64,000 nucleotides of DNA from Lysobacteraceae bacterium (GTDB taxonomy: Bacteria; Bdellovibrionota; UBA1018; JAGTJX01): contig JAGTJX010000003.1 in assembly GCA_023657465.1 (NCBI GenBank), positions 674,830-738,829 on the forward strand, read 5' to 3'. Below, in pieces: positions 29,249-40,297 of the stretch. Under the pieces are notes generated by a model. The model worked only from the letters and a program-made list of their open reading frames with translations. It was not told the origin of the DNA and made no database searches. A program made the translations under genes and the position numbers. Each line of letters opens with the position of its first letter. Positions within the stretch are counted from its first letter, which is position 1.

Positions 29249-30454
29249 TTATTTAATCTTTGATACTGCAGCGAGTTGTTGTTCAACTGCCGGTTTTTTT
29301 GCTTGGCTGACAAGAGGCAATAACCTCTGGAGTTGAGTTAAGGAGAGTCTGTCGAACAAAGAAGAGCCTACTACTGCATCTGCTGCAGACTCAGGAGTAA
29401 CCGAATAAGCTCTTCCACTTAACACTCTGCCAAAAATCACGCCCCCACTCGCAGGTCCTGTGATCAAGGCTGTAGCAAACTGAACATCTGGAAAAACACC
29501 CATCGTCAATTGAGTGAGAACGACAAACGCACGCATTGCCCATGTGTTTACGTTTTTCTTTTTTGCATCTACCTGAGCTCCATCAAACGCCCAAGCAGTC
29601 GCACGCGCTCCCAAGAAAGGAGAAAAAACCTGAAGGATGAAATTGTAATATTTGACCGAGTCTCCTAATTCCAAAAAAGCTGCTGCTGAACCCACAACGA
29701 GTCCTACTTGAACTGCTGTGATCAGTCTCAATCGCTTTTCGGCTTGAGGTCCAACTTTTAATATTCTTTCAAACCGCGCATCGCTCAACGATTTTGTTTT
29801 TTTGCGTCTGAGTAAGTTACTTGCATACTCAACTAATTTATTTATGGAAACTCGAATAATAGTTTTGGCTTTATCTAGATTGCTCTGACTTGATTTGAGT
29901 TCTAGCAAATTGGAAACAATGAAAACACCTAGGGTCTCAGGGTAATTCTCTCTCCATTTTTCTAGAGTGTCTCGTATGTCACTGTTTTTTGAATCTACTA
30001 TAATGGACTCTAACTCTTCATCAATGCTGAGTCCCAACTGTAGAGCTATTTCGGGATCTCTTGAGTTGAGCTGCGTTTTAATCGCTCTTTTGATTGAGCC
30101 AGGACTCGATAAGCTGAGCGCCTTCATCGCGGCTCTTGTAATGAGTTTTGTGAAGAGAGGATTATTCCTGAAACTCAGCATCTCTCTCAGAGTCTCCGTC
30201 CACTGTTTGATTGCTTGAGCATCTTCTGGAGTGTTTTGTTTTATGGATTGAGATGCGATTTTTTCAAATTCTTTTTCGAGAGCTTCGCGATCTGATTCTT
30301 TGGATTGAATGTACTTGGTAAAGTAACTCGACGTCTCCGACACGACTTCTGGCCAAGCTTCAGTGATTGAAAGTCCACAAAACGTCTGAGCTGCCAGAGA
30401 GAGACTAGAGTTTAAAATCAACAGTGCTGTAAGAATGAGCCTAGAGAATTTCAC
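29249..30454 (-). CDS. hypothetical secreted helical protein
   Basis: Signal peptide. 401 aa with no family I recognise. Confidence 0.5.
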   Translation of the reverse strand: MKFSRLILTALLILNSSLSLAAQTFCGLSITEAWPEVVSETSSYFTKYIQSKESDREALEKEFEKIASQSIKQNTPEDAQAIKQWTETLREMLSFRNNPLFTKLITRAAMKALSLSSPGSIKRAIKTQLNSRDPEIALQLGLSIDEELESIIVDSKNSDIRDTLEKWRENYPETLGVFIVSNLLELKSSQSNLDKAKTIIRVSINKLVEYASNLLRRKKTKSLSDARFERILKVGPQAEKRLRLITAVQVGLVVGSAAAFLELGDSVKYYNFILQVFSPFLGARATAWAFDGAQVDAKKKNVNTWAMRAFVVLTQLTMGVFPDVQFATALITGPASGGVIFGRVLSGRAYSVTPESAADAVVGSSLFDRLSLTQLQRLLPLVSQAKKPAVEQQLAAVSKIK

Positions 30455-30590
30455 AACTACTAGGATAAGGGTCTAATACTACTCTCACAATGGGCAAAAC
30501 ATTCCCCGTTAAGCGAACTTCAAACCCCACCGAAACATCATTACAGCAGGGCTCTTCCTGCAACCACACAAACTACGGGGGTAGCGAGAT

Positions 30591-30833
30591 ATGGACGAAT
30601 TTAACGACCTCGAATTAGAGAATGAACTTTCAATCGACACAGATCCAGGGAATCTCTTGGGTGCTTTTGGAACCGTTAAGGAAGTCGTATCTCGCTACCT
30701 CCATTGTGCTATTTGTGGATCGAATCTACACTTCACACACATTACTGATTTTCATAGGAATGTGACCGAAGAGAACGCCAAATGCCCTGAGTGCGGCATC
30801 AAGGCGCAGCGCAGCTTGCATAAGCTGCAGTAA
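30591..30833 (+). CDS. small zinc-ribbon protein
   Basis: CAICGSN ... CPECG cysteine pairs. 80 aa. GGGGG ribosome-binding site. Confidence 0.5.
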   Translation: MDEFNDLELENELSIDTDPGNLLGAFGTVKEVVSRYLHCAICGSNLHFTHITDFHRNVTEENAKCPECGIKAQRSLHKLQ

Positions 30834-30857
30834 AAACAGTCCAGTGGACTGTTTTTA
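30834..30857 (+). terminator. intrinsic terminator
   Basis: aacagtcc-agt-ggactgtt hairpin followed by TTT. Confidence 0.55.
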
Positions 30858-30910
30858 CAAAGCCCAATAGCCTCTTCACAAAAGCGATTCTCCAAGGCAG
30901 ACTCCGTGCC

Positions 30911-31624
30911 ATGTCGGCTATTCAAAGGTCAAAACTGAACGACGGATTCCTTCCCAAAGGCGCCATCGTCATGGCAAAAAAATCCAAACGATCGAAGCCC
31001 AAAAACTTACCCGCTACTGTTTCGACTGATGGCCTCCCCAACGACTTTGAATCTCTTCAAGCAGATGTAGCAAACTGCAAGAAGTGCAAGCTCTGCGAGA
31101 CTCGTCATCAGACCGTGTTCAGTGATGGCTCCAATAAAGCCAAACTCATGTTCATAGGAGAAGCTCCAGGCGAACAAGAAGACGAAACTGGCAAACCCTT
31201 TGTCGGGCGCGCAGGACAACTACTGACTAAGATGATCGAAGCCATGGGACTCACCAGGAACGAAATCTACATTGCCAACATTATCAAGTGCAGACCTCCT
31301 GAGAATCGCTATCCTGAAACAGAAGAAGTGATTCAATGTCAGCCTTACCTCATGAAACAGATTGAGTTACTTAAGCCCACTGTGATTGTCGCTCTAGGAA
31401 CGTGTGCAACACAGACGCTCCTTCGTACCGAAGAGACGATCTCAGATATGCGTGGCAAGTACGTGACGTTTGATACAGGAAAGTTCAAAACTGAACACTT
31501 CATGCCAACGTTTCATCCGTCGTTCTTACTCAGAAGTCCTCAAGGCAAAAAACAAGTTTGGAAAGATTTACAAGTAGTCGCAAAAACAATGGGAATCAAA
31601 ATCCCGCATCAAAAGTCAGTTTAG
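30911..31624 (+). CDS. uracil-DNA glycosylase, family 4
   Basis: CKKCKLCE Fe-S motif and the GEAPGEQED family-4 motif. The start may be an internal ATG (MAKKSKR). Confidence 0.85.
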   Translation: MSAIQRSKLNDGFLPKGAIVMAKKSKRSKPKNLPATVSTDGLPNDFESLQADVANCKKCKLCETRHQTVFSDGSNKAKLMFIGEAPGEQEDETGKPFVGRAGQLLTKMIEAMGLTRNEIYIANIIKCRPPENRYPETEEVIQCQPYLMKQIELLKPTVIVALGTCATQTLLRTEETISDMRGKYVTFDTGKFKTEHFMPTFHPSFLLRSPQGKKQVWKDLQVVAKTMGIKIPHQKSV

Positions 31625-31630
31625 GAGAAT

Positions 31631-32365
31631 ATGGAAATGTTTATCGCAATTGGTATCTTCGTGTTTTTACTCGCAGGAATTAGAATCATTAATGAATACG
31701 AGCGTGGAGTCGTGTTCCGTCTCGGACGTATCATTGGTGCTAAGACCGCAGGACTCACCTACATCATTCCACTGATCGATAGAATGTCCAAAGTCGACAT
31801 GCGTACGATCGCTCTCGATGTCCCTCCACAGGATGTCATCACTCACGATAACGTGACTTTGAAAGTAAACGCAGTCGTATACTTCAAAGTCGTAGATCCG
31901 AATCGCGCAGTGGTCGAAGTAGAGAACTACTTACTTGCTACATCGAAGCTCTCTCAGACGACGCTCAGATCAGTACTGGGACAAGTCGATCTCGATACTC
32001 TTCTTGCTTCCCGCGACACCATCAACCAACGCCTTCAATCTATCTTGGCTCAGCAGACCGAAGCCTGGGGAGTTTCTGTTTCACTCGTTGAAGTGAAACA
32101 AGTCGATCTCCCAGTAGAGATGCAACGAGCGATGGCTCGTCAAGCAGAGGCCGAGCGTGAACGTAGAGCTAAGGTGATTGCAGCTGAAGGAGAGCTACAA
32201 GCTTCTGAGAAACTCTCAGCAGCAGCTAAGGTCATGGAAGTGAACCCAAGCTCTTTGCAACTCCGTTACCTTCAAACCCTCCGTGAGATGTCATCTGAGA
32301 ATGCGTCGACCATTATCATTCCATTCCCAATGGAGTTTCTAAGAGGATTTGGAAACAAAAGCTAA
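31631..32365 (+). CDS. SPFH/band-7 (stomatin/prohibitin-like) membrane protein
   Basis: N-terminal TM helix, band-7 core, and a coiled-coil C-terminus with the AEAERE repeat. Confidence 0.8.
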   Translation: MEMFIAIGIFVFLLAGIRIINEYERGVVFRLGRIIGAKTAGLTYIIPLIDRMSKVDMRTIALDVPPQDVITHDNVTLKVNAVVYFKVVDPNRAVVEVENYLLATSKLSQTTLRSVLGQVDLDTLLASRDTINQRLQSILAQQTEAWGVSVSLVEVKQVDLPVEMQRAMARQAEAERERRAKVIAAEGELQASEKLSAAAKVMEVNPSSLQLRYLQTLREMSSENASTIIIPFPMEFLRGFGNKS

Positions 32366-32511
32366 TCCTTCTCTTTCTCAAACCCATAGGGACAATGCCT
32401 GCATCCACTCTCGCAGCAATGTCCGCGCTTGAGATGATAGAGCTCAGTGAACACGAGATTACCATTCTCATCTAAGTAGAAATCTTCAGCTTCAAGCTTA
32501 GGGCTACTCAT
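32362..32511 (-). CDS. small Cys-rich protein (HCCxxGCxHCPY)
   Basis: 49 aa from the internal ATG, which overlaps the uvrC stop codon. The track ORF extends to 32583 inside uvrC. Confidence 0.4.
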   Translation of the reverse strand: MSSPKLEAEDFYLDENGNLVFTELYHLKRGHCCESGCRHCPYGFEKEKD

Positions 32512-34216
32512 TGTGATCATTACCTTGTCTTGAGCTGTCACGGACTTTCCTATGATAAGTGATCGCAAACCGGTGCGCTTCATCTCTCACATGGGATAGG
32601 AGCTTGCACGACAAAGTATGAGGAAGTAGCATCACAGGATTCTTCCTGCCTGGTAGGAAAACTCGTTCAAGAGAAGTCTTCACCTCTGTAGCTTGGAAGT
32701 CCTTCTCAGTCCTGGCCTTAGCCAGTCCTACGACTGGGACCCCTTGGATGTTGAGCTCTTCCAAGATCGCAACCGCCTGAGCAAGCTGACCTTTACCTCC
32801 GTCGACTACAACAAGAGAAGGAAACGGATCATCTGCACGCGCGAATCTACGACCCAAGACTTCCTTCATCATGGCGAAGTCATTGGAGCCTTCTACAGTT
32901 TTGATTTTGTACTTCCTATAGAGATTCTTCTCAGGTGCTCCATCGATGAAGACCACTCGCGAAGCAACTGCGTCTTCTCCAGAAATATTAGAAATATCGT
33001 AGCACTCAATCCTCACTGGAAGTTCTGAGAGATTGAGCTTGTCTTGCACTTCTTCGAGCGCTGCGACTCCGTGGCCTTCGAACTTCTTCACTGCAAGTTC
33101 GAGTGCATGCTCGCCGTTGGTCTTAGCCACACTCATGAGGCGCTTCTCAACTTCAGTGCGTGGAGTTTTGATCTTAAGATCGAGAGTCTCAGAGATCAGG
33201 ATTGAATCCGGGAGTTCTTCTTGAACGAGGATTGATCTCTGATTCCCTTGAGCAATAGGGAATGCACTCTCCTCCCCTCCTTCAGAATAATGCTGAGTCA
33301 AGAACTGAGAGAGCATTTCCTGGTCAGTGACTCCGTCATCTGAGTTCTTGAATGAGTAATGCTTCACGGATTGCAGCTTGCCTCCACGAATGAGGAGAAT
33401 CACTCCATGTGAATCTGCATTCTTCCTCGCGATATAGATCACATCTTGGTCAGAATCCTTGCCGGATTGTTGCACACCTTGAAGCTCTGTCACCATTCTG
33501 AGATTTTCGATTTGATCTCGTATGACTGCCGCCTGCTCAAACTCTTCCATCTCAGATGCCGCTTTCATTTTTTGCTTGAGCTCTTTGATGATCTCGCGAT
33601 CCTTACCTTCTAGGACTGCAGCGGCATGTCTCACGGTCTCGACATAATCTTCCCTCGTGATCTTCTTCACACAAGGGGCAGAGCATTTCTCCATTTGGTA
33701 GAGGATGCACGCGCGCGAACGATGGCTGAAAGTATTGTCAGAGCAATCTCTGAGTTTCAACGACTCCGTCAGCATCTTCATCACTTGCCTAGCAGACCAA
33801 CCTGAAGGAAACGGACCGTAATATCTCGCTCCATCTTTCAGTATCTTCCTCGTCCACTCGAGTCTTGGATACGCGTCGTTCAGCTGAATCTTGATGTAAG
33901 GATACGTTTTGTCATCCTTCAGCATCACGTTGTACTTAGGTTTATGTTTCTTAATCAGAGTAACTTCTAAGATCAGCGCTTCAGCTTCGGTCTTCGTAAG
34001 CAACGTCTCAAAGTGTGAGACTTGCCTCACCATAAGCTCAGTTCGTAAAACTTCGTGAACAGGGGATTGAAAGTAACTGGTGATTCGGTTTTTTAAGTTC
34101 TTCGCCTTACCAATGTAGAGGATCTTACCCTCTTCATCTTTCATGAAATAACACCCAGGCTCTGTTGTAGCCTCTCTCGCTAAGCCTAATAATTCTTCGC
34201 GTGTGTACTTTTTCAT
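32504..34216 (-). CDS. uvrC: excinuclease ABC subunit C
   Basis: 570 aa with an N-terminal GIY-YIG domain (YFMKDEEGKILYIGKAKNL), a UvrB-interaction region and a C-terminal endonuclease/HhH region. Confidence 0.92.
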   Translation of the reverse strand: MKKYTREELLGLAREATTEPGCYFMKDEEGKILYIGKAKNLKNRITSYFQSPVHEVLRTELMVRQVSHFETLLTKTEAEALILEVTLIKKHKPKYNVMLKDDKTYPYIKIQLNDAYPRLEWTRKILKDGARYYGPFPSGWSARQVMKMLTESLKLRDCSDNTFSHRSRACILYQMEKCSAPCVKKITREDYVETVRHAAAVLEGKDREIIKELKQKMKAASEMEEFEQAAVIRDQIENLRMVTELQGVQQSGKDSDQDVIYIARKNADSHGVILLIRGGKLQSVKHYSFKNSDDGVTDQEMLSQFLTQHYSEGGEESAFPIAQGNQRSILVQEELPDSILISETLDLKIKTPRTEVEKRLMSVAKTNGEHALELAVKKFEGHGVAALEEVQDKLNLSELPVRIECYDISNISGEDAVASRVVFIDGAPEKNLYRKYKIKTVEGSNDFAMMKEVLGRRFARADDPFPSLVVVDGGKGQLAQAVAILEELNIQGVPVVGLAKARTEKDFQATEVKTSLERVFLPGRKNPVMLLPHTLSCKLLSHVRDEAHRFAITYHRKVRDSSRQGNDHNE

Positions 34217-34273
34217 GGTGTGAAGTGCTTCAGCCTCACTTTAACACCGGAAATGAAAAAATCATCGAAGATC

Positions 34274-34295
34274 GTGCCACATCCACGCCACAACC
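34274..34295 (-). promoter_or_regulatory. third copy of the TTGTGGCRTGGATGTGGCAC motif (sigma-54-like), upstream of uvrC
   Basis: The minus strand reads GGTTGTGGCGTGGATGTGGCAC, about 60 nt upstream of the uvrC ATG. Near-identical to the arms of the 25240-25304 inverted repeat. Confidence 0.45.
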
Positions 34296-34312
34296 TGATA
34301 ACAGAGACGGAG

Positions 34313-34801
34313 CTAGGTAAAGTGGCGACCAACAGCAAGGAGAATCGATATTTGGAGTAAAGAAGCTAGAGCATCAATTTTTAAAAAAGAAGAGAGCTTA
34401 AACCCAGATAAACCCACAGCAAAGTAAACAGGAGCACGCACGAAAGGAGTAAATCGTGTCAGTGCGATAGTGAGCCGACTGTTTTTCTTCACTTTAACAA
34501 GTGCTCGTTCCACAGCACCTGATCCATTGAGCCACTTAAATGGAGGCACTTGCAGACATCTCGTTCCAAAAGTTCTACCTATAAACACAAGACCTAAGTT
34601 TGCAGGTAGAAGCCCCAATTGAATTGCCAGAAACGCCTGCCAAAACTCAACCTTCCCCTTACCCCAGAATGCTCCAAGAGCCAGGATAATAGATTCCTCA
34701 GGAAACACACCGAGCACCATCCCTTGAAGCAATAAGAGTATAGAGCTCAGGAGAATTTGTAAATCTGAAAACTGAGATAAATTCTCGATCACTGCATTCA
34801 T
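34313..34801 (-). CDS. DedA/SNARE-associated-family membrane protein
   Basis: Polytopic. LTRFTPFVRAPVYFAVGLSG matches the DedA core. Confidence 0.55.
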   Translation of the reverse strand: MNAVIENLSQFSDLQILLSSILLLLQGMVLGVFPEESIILALGAFWGKGKVEFWQAFLAIQLGLLPANLGLVFIGRTFGTRCLQVPPFKWLNGSGAVERALVKVKKNSRLTIALTRFTPFVRAPVYFAVGLSGFKLSSFLKIDALASLLQISILLAVGRHFT

Positions 34802-34980
34802 TTAGTAGCAATCTCCAAGAGTTTTTGATCTAGCTCTTTCAACTTCTCTAGAATTTCAGCTCTCGCTTCAAGTGATTCCACTCTCTCTGAACTCGGAATG
34901 GGTTGAGTGAGAATAATCTGGTAAGTTTTCATCGCTTGGGTTTTTTCACCTAGCTTCATATACAAATCTCCTAAGAACAA
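34798..34980 (-). CDS. TPR-repeat fragment (possible C-terminal part of the upstream TPR gene)
   Basis: TTG start. LGDLYMKLGEKTQAMKTYQIIL is TPR-like. Overlaps the end of the 168-aa ORF in another frame. Confidence 0.35.
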   Translation of the reverse strand: MFLGDLYMKLGEKTQAMKTYQIILTQPIPSSERVESLEARAEILEKLKELDQKLLEIATK

Positions 34981-35477
34981 ATATTAAGCGGCTCATCAGG
35001 AGACTCAGAGATTGCGCTTTCAAAGTGTGCCTTTGCTCGTTCGTCACTTCCACCTAGAATCCCTGGCATCTTCATATCAATAATTCCCAACAATCGATGC
35101 GCACCTCCGCCAGCATAGGCTGGCTCATACTTCATGGATTCCTTAAGGTGATCCCTGATTTCACCAAGCGCGCCTAAGAATGCCTGCGCCCTACTATCTT
35201 CCGATCTCAATGCTAAGTTAATCGCAGTCCAGAAGTGACATCTGCCGCACTCAGGGGTTACCTTCAGAGAGCTCAGTCCCGCCTGATATCCTTGATCAAA
35301 ATACTTTCTCTTTTCATCCTTATTCTTCTCAATCCTGAGACCGACATAATAAGCAGACATGGACAACCTCCAATCAGAAAAGGTTTGAGCGATTTGAAAC
35401 GCTTTCATGGCCTGCTCTGGATCACTACGCTTACGATATAAATCGTCAAAATCATGAGCGCTTGCGAGAGAAGGCAA
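34971..35477 (-). CDS. TPR-like repeat protein
   Basis: 168 aa of helical repeats. Confidence 0.45.
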   Translation of the reverse strand: MPSLASAHDFDDLYRKRSDPEQAMKAFQIAQTFSDWRLSMSAYYVGLRIEKNKDEKRKYFDQGYQAGLSSLKVTPECGRCHFWTAINLALRSEDSRAQAFLGALGEIRDHLKESMKYEPAYAGGGAHRLLGIIDMKMPGILGGSDERAKAHFESAISESPDEPLNICS

Positions 35478-35623
35478 AAATGAATGATCCAGAGGTTTGC
35501 CATACTAAGATCTTATGCAATTCCGCCTATGATATATGTTAAACCTCTGTCAGCTATGAGCCAGGAAATGGTCAGAGCAAAAAAAATTGGACTGTGCTAC
35601 ACTGAGATACGAGGAAACAACTA

Positions 35624-36040
35624 ATGAAAGTCGCTGAAGAAATCATCTCATTCTGTACCAAATGCAAAATCGATCTAGCCCACGCAGTAGTGGCTATGCA
35701 GGGCGATCGCGCAGTTCGCGTGATGTGCAAAACTTGCAAAGGCGAGCACGCTTACCGCGCTCCTAAAGGCATTACAGACCCATCCATGGCTCCTAAGAAG
35801 AAGTCTGAACGCGTATCAAAAACTGTTGTGACCGTGGCCGAAGATTGGGAAACCAAAATGGCCCTTCACAAGAATTCACCTGTTAAAGATTACAGCACTA
35901 AAAATCAATACAAAGCTGGCGAACGCATTGAACATCCTTCATTCGGAACGGGTCTTGTTGAAAAACTCATTCACCCAAACAAGATTGAAGTGATCTTTAA
36001 GACTGAGATCAAGATGTTAATTTGTGCTCCGTCAAATTAA
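35624..36040 (+). CDS. zinc-ribbon domain protein (hypothetical)
   Basis: CTKCK ... CKTCKGEH motif. Confidence 0.5.
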   Translation: MKVAEEIISFCTKCKIDLAHAVVAMQGDRAVRVMCKTCKGEHAYRAPKGITDPSMAPKKKSERVSKTVVTVAEDWETKMALHKNSPVKDYSTKNQYKAGERIEHPSFGTGLVEKLIHPNKIEVIFKTEIKMLICAPSN

Positions 36041-37999
36041 ACTAAGTCTAACGGATTCAATTCCATCATAGGGATAACAAGTCTGACCGACGCAGTATTG
36101 CGCGCGCTTGACGAGAGCGTCAGGCTTCACGAACATTCTAGGACTCATGAATCCGACGTAATTTTCTGGGTGAGTGACATGCACAATTCCTTTTTCGACA
36201 GCTAACATTGATTGACCGAGCTCACCTGAGCCAAACGGATGCTGAAGCAAAACTCCACTCATTTTTATGATTTCAGACTTCACATCTATTCCATGAACAG
36301 ACTCAAGCGCTAATGCGCACTCAAGCCACACCGATGTGCTTGCAGGCACAGCTTGATCCAGACCTGATTTGGTTTTGAAGATGAGCTTCTCATGCTCACT
36401 CGACGTTTCACTCCATTCACCGCTCGCATCACGGAAGAGAGTAAGTGATGTCTTAGTCAGATCGAGCGCGAGATTCCAAAAGTTGATTGCCTGAGCTGAA
36501 TCCGATGGAAGAACTCTACAGAGGTCAATGAGTCCTCTTGCTAAGTAGACATAGTCTGAGAAGAAAGCTTTCGATTCCGATTGATATTCAAGTGCCTTCA
36601 ATCGTTTAGTATTTCTATTCCAGAAACTTTTCTCAAGCTGTGTAGCTAGTTCCAATGCTGTTTTGAGAACTTGATCATCCTTCAGAGCTCCATAACTCCA
36701 AGAGAGTGCAGAAAGGAGTAATCCGTTTAGACCTGAGCTGATTTTGGTATCAGTCATAGGTTTAGGTCTAGATTGTCTGAAGTCAAACGCTTGAGAGCGA
36801 ATTCGAGTAATCATTGCTCTGAGCTTAGATTTTGAAATCGAATTCTGAATAGCCAGTGTATCGAGATCAGATTGATAAGAAAGTACAGTCTGACCGTGCT
36901 CGAAGTTTCCACCATCTCGCACTCGGTATACACTTAAGAACAGATCGGCATCACGGGAGTCTGAGAAACATTCACGCACGGATGCTGGATCCCAAACAAA
37001 ATTAAACCCTTCACCCATCGATGTGTCAGCGTCTTGCGCCATGTAGAACATTCCCTGATCACTCTTCATTTCACGGTTCAGGTACTGAAGAGATAATATT
37101 AAAGATTCTCTAAGCCTAGACTCTTCATCAGGTTTAAGTACGGATTCAAGCTGCTGCGTGCAGAGCACTTCAGCAATTAACTTCAGAAGTAGTGCTTGGT
37201 CATAGAGCATCTTCTCGAAGTGAGGCACGCTCCAAGTCTCATCCACACTGTATCTATGGAAGCCTCCACCTAATTGATCAAACACTCCCCCATTGATCAT
37301 CGAGAGAATTGATTGAATCACGGGCTTGTGTGCACCTGATCTCCACATAAACGTGAGTCCCATGGTGTTGGGGAACTTAGGAGCCTGTCCAAATCCCCCA
37401 TTGACTGGGTCATGTACTTTTTCGAAATAATCGCGTGCGTGGGTAAGTACCTCTCCCATGGATTGATCGGCAATAGCGACGGATTCATCTGAGTCTTTGA
37501 TCAGCTTCGACATCACTTCATTTACATTTTTTGCATTATCTAAAATCTCACCATTCTTCGAGTCCCACATTTCAGAGAGCATCATGAGTACTCTAGGGAA
37601 TCCTGGCCTTCCATACTTGTCTTCTGGAGGAAAATAAGTCCCTCCATAAACAGGCCGTCCATCTGGAAGCATGAACACGGTGAGTGGCCATCCTCCTCCG
37701 CGTGTGAAAATTTGCGCAACGTTCTGATAGATCGCATCGATATCGGGACGCTCTTCTCGGTCTACCTTAATATTAATGAAGCGTTCATTCATGAGCTGAG
37801 CAATGGCGGGGTTCTCGAAGCATTCATGAGCCATCACATGGCACCAATGACAAGAAGAGTACCCTACGCTGAGGTGGATCAATTTGTTTTCTGACTTCGC
37901 AAGCGAGAGCGCTTCTTCACTCCAAGGATACCAATCCACAGGGTTATCCCCATGCTGTTTCAGATAAAGTGAATGCTCTTGAGCCAAACGGTTTGCCAT
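36032..37999 (-). CDS. thioredoxin-domain protein (DUF255/YyaL family)
   Basis: [22 protein letters not shown] motif, followed by a six-hairpin glycosidase-like domain. The start is probably the [12 protein letters not shown] at 37997-37999. Confidence 0.8.
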   Translation of the reverse strand: MANRLAQEHSLYLKQHGDNPVDWYPWSEEALSLAKSENKLIHLSVGYSSCHWCHVMAHECFENPAIAQLMNERFINIKVDREERPDIDAIYQNVAQIFTRGGGWPLTVFMLPDGRPVYGGTYFPPEDKYGRPGFPRVLMMLSEMWDSKNGEILDNAKNVNEVMSKLIKDSDESVAIADQSMGEVLTHARDYFEKVHDPVNGGFGQAPKFPNTMGLTFMWRSGAHKPVIQSILSMINGGVFDQLGGGFHRYSVDETWSVPHFEKMLYDQALLLKLIAEVLCTQQLESVLKPDEESRLRESLILSLQYLNREMKSDQGMFYMAQDADTSMGEGFNFVWDPASVRECFSDSRDADLFLSVYRVRDGGNFEHGQTVLSYQSDLDTLAIQNSISKSKLRAMITRIRSQAFDFRQSRPKPMTDTKISSGLNGLLLSALSWSYGALKDDQVLKTALELATQLEKSFWNRNTKRLKALEYQSESKAFFSDYVYLARGLIDLCRVLPSDSAQAINFWNLALDLTKTSLTLFRDASGEWSETSSEHEKLIFKTKSGLDQAVPASTSVWLECALALESVHGIDVKSEIIKMSGVLLQHPFGSGELGQSMLAVEKGIVHVTHPENYVGFMSPRMFVKPDALVKRAQYCVGQTCYPYDGIESVRLSLI

Positions 38000-38038
38000 T
38001 GAGGCAGTCATACATCAAATCATGGACTAAAATTAAAT

Positions 38039-38070
38039 AAAAAAAGGCAGACTAGAATCTCTAGCCTGCC
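38039..38070 (-). terminator. intrinsic terminator after the lipoprotein gene
   Basis: ggcag-ctag...ctag-ctgcc hairpin followed by U7 on the minus strand. Confidence 0.5.
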
Positions 38071-38096
38071 TTTTGCTTGAACAGCGAAAAAAACTT

Positions 38097-38954
38097 TTAA
38101 TTCTGTGTGGACTGAATGAATTTTCTCATTAAACGATTGAATGCAGCCTTGCTCTTAATCTTACGAGCTCCTGAGCCGCTGACAGTCACGTTTGTTGTAA
38201 CTGTTCTACCGTTGATCTTTACTGGACCACCACTGAGAGCTTGGGATACTGCTGCAATTCCATCAGCTGATAGAGTTGCCTGAGTAGCACCTGCTGGTAA
38301 GAGTGGAGAGAGGTTTGTACCTATCAAAATTCCACCGTGCTCAACGAGAGTTCCCGCTACGACTTTAGGTCCATAGAATTGAACCCCGAGAACAACGTTA
38401 CCTTTTTTGTCATAGAACACATATCCGATGTTCACAGACGGAATGTCTTCATTGATTGCATTCAGCACTGCGGTCACGCCGACGACTTTGGGTCCACGCA
38501 CACCGAAGTAGAAGTGCCACTTGATATCCTTGGAATCAAACTTTCCATAAGTCACATCAATCAACGGACCTGGCATCCAGTCTGGGAAACCAATACCTGT
38601 TGGCAGCGTATTCACTTCAGAATATTCTGCGCCGAATGTGCTTCTTACGAATGCTTGGAGATCGAGATTCAAACCAAGACCGAAACCTGATGTCGGAGTT
38701 TCAGCAATGACCTTGATCACTCCTACGTTTGGTAAATCAAATTCTCCTGAAATTCCGATGCCGTACTTCCGCTTCAACTTTGCATCAAACTCTACGTGAG
38801 CTACGTCAGGCATTCCAATGCTGAATTCGACTGGAGATTCATTGCTATTACATCCTGTCATTCCCATGACGAGACCTATCGTCAGTAGAGTGGCTATTTT
38901 TGTTTTTTTATTTTTAATCATAATCAGTACCCCTTTATTGTTTACACTAGGCAA
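38097..38954 (-). CDS. hypothetical lipoprotein
   Basis: Lipobox-like MTGC after a signal sequence. Beta-rich. Confidence 0.5.
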   Translation of the reverse strand: MPSVNNKGVLIMIKNKKTKIATLLTIGLVMGMTGCNSNESPVEFSIGMPDVAHVEFDAKLKRKYGIGISGEFDLPNVGVIKVIAETPTSGFGLGLNLDLQAFVRSTFGAEYSEVNTLPTGIGFPDWMPGPLIDVTYGKFDSKDIKWHFYFGVRGPKVVGVTAVLNAINEDIPSVNIGYVFYDKKGNVVLGVQFYGPKVVAGTLVEHGGILIGTNLSPLLPAGATQATLSADGIAAVSQALSGGPVKINGRTVTTNVTVSGSGARKIKSKAAFNRLMRKFIQSTQN

Positions 38955-39058
38955 GTTTTTCTTATCCAGTTTTTGCTTTAGCGGCTGAATTGAAACAAAC
39001 CTTAAGAAAAAAAGCCATTTGACTACATGAATGTGATTCAGTTTCCGATAGGGAATAC

Positions 39059-40297
39059 ATGAGTGGAAAACTTCCTCCTGATCGGGTTCCGTTTGATGAC
39101 GAGAAAACTGATCCAGGAATTAAACAAATTCCCAGTGAGTTTCTCGAAGACGAGATCACGGATCCAGGTATCATTGTGGTGCAACCAGGCAACAGTGAAG
39201 CAGACCTCATCTCAGCAAGCACAGGTATCCCCATTGATCTCGGAGTGATCGAAGATTATCTTGCAGATCCCTCCATCAACGAAATCATGGTCAATGACAC
39301 GAGAAACATCATGCTCGAAAAAGCAGGTCGCATGATTCAAGCCAATGCTAGAATTGAAACGACAGAAGCGCTGACTAAACTCAGTCGTGAAGTGATGAAG
39401 CTCACGGATCTTCCGTTTAATCCTGAGAACCCTACGATTGATCTGAGTCTCCCCGATGGATCACGCCTCAACATGATTGGCCCTCCACTGACTCGTTCTG
39501 GAATATGTATTACGATTCGCAAGTTCCCGAAGCGATATTCCATGCATCAGCTTCAACAATTAGGAACTTTCGATGAACGCATGGGTGTGTTTCTCCAGAA
39601 GTGTATTGCAGGACGTTTGAACATCATGATCAGTGGTGGAACAGGTAGCGGTAAGACTACTCTGCTTGCAGCCCTGAGTGGCTCGATTTCCAAGGAAGAA
39701 CGAGTCATCACAATCGAAGATACTCCAGAGCTCAAACTCTCTCTCCCGAATGTCGTCCAAATGTACACTAGACCTAAAATGGGCAACACAGAAGCCATCA
39801 CTCAGCGCGAACTCCTTGTCAATTCTCTCAGGATGCGACCAGACCGAATCATCTTAGGTGAATGCCGTAGAGGTGAAGCTCTCGACATGCTTCAAGCAAT
39901 GAACACAGGTCATGATGGATCGATTACCACTCTGCATGCGAATACTCCAAGAGATGGCCTCGCAAGACTAGAGACATTATGTATGATGGCTGGATTACAG
40001 AATCTCTCTCAGATCGCTGTACGTAGACAGATAGCAGCCTCTCTTGAACTCCTCATACATGTGGAGAGAGTTCAAGGTGGTAAACGAAGAATTACTAAGA
40101 TTTCTGAAATCACTGGTATGGAATCTGATGTGATCTCGCTGCAAGACCTCTTCCATTATGAATTTATTGCAAAAGATCCTTACAATAAGAACCAAACCAA
40201 ATTCGGTGATCAGTTCATCTGTGATGGATATCTTCCTAATTTCTTGGATAAGCTGAAGCTTCGCGGAATTGAGTTCCAACCTAGGTTTTTCGGCTAA
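39059..40297 (+). CDS. CpaF-family type II/IV secretion ATPase (orphan)
   Basis: 412 aa with Walker A GGTGSGKTT, Walker B ILGECRRGE and His box GHDGSITTLHA. No other Tad genes are adjacent. Confidence 0.85.
   Translation: MSGKLPPDRVPFDDEKTDPGIKQIPSEFLEDEITDPGIIVVQPGNSEADLISASTGIPIDLGVIEDYLADPSINEIMVNDTRNIMLEKAGRMIQANARIETTEALTKLSREVMKLTDLPFNPENPTIDLSLPDGSRLNMIGPPLTRSGICITIRKFPKRYSMHQLQQLGTFDERMGVFLQKCIAGRLNIMISGGTGSGKTTLLAALSGSISKEERVITIEDTPELKLSLPNVVQMYTRPKMGNTEAITQRELLVNSLRMRPDRIILGECRRGEALDMLQAMNTGHDGSITTLHANTPRDGLARLETLCMMAGLQNLSQIAVRRQIAASLELLIHVERVQGGKRRITKISEITGMESDVISLQDLFHYEFIAKDPYNKNQTKFGDQFICDGYLPNFLDKLKLRGIEFQPRFFG

Noticed and set aside
30880-30910. AGGCAG-N5-GTGCC just before the uracil-DNA glycosylase start
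   Set aside because: It abuts the ATG directly, and the hexamers are weak.
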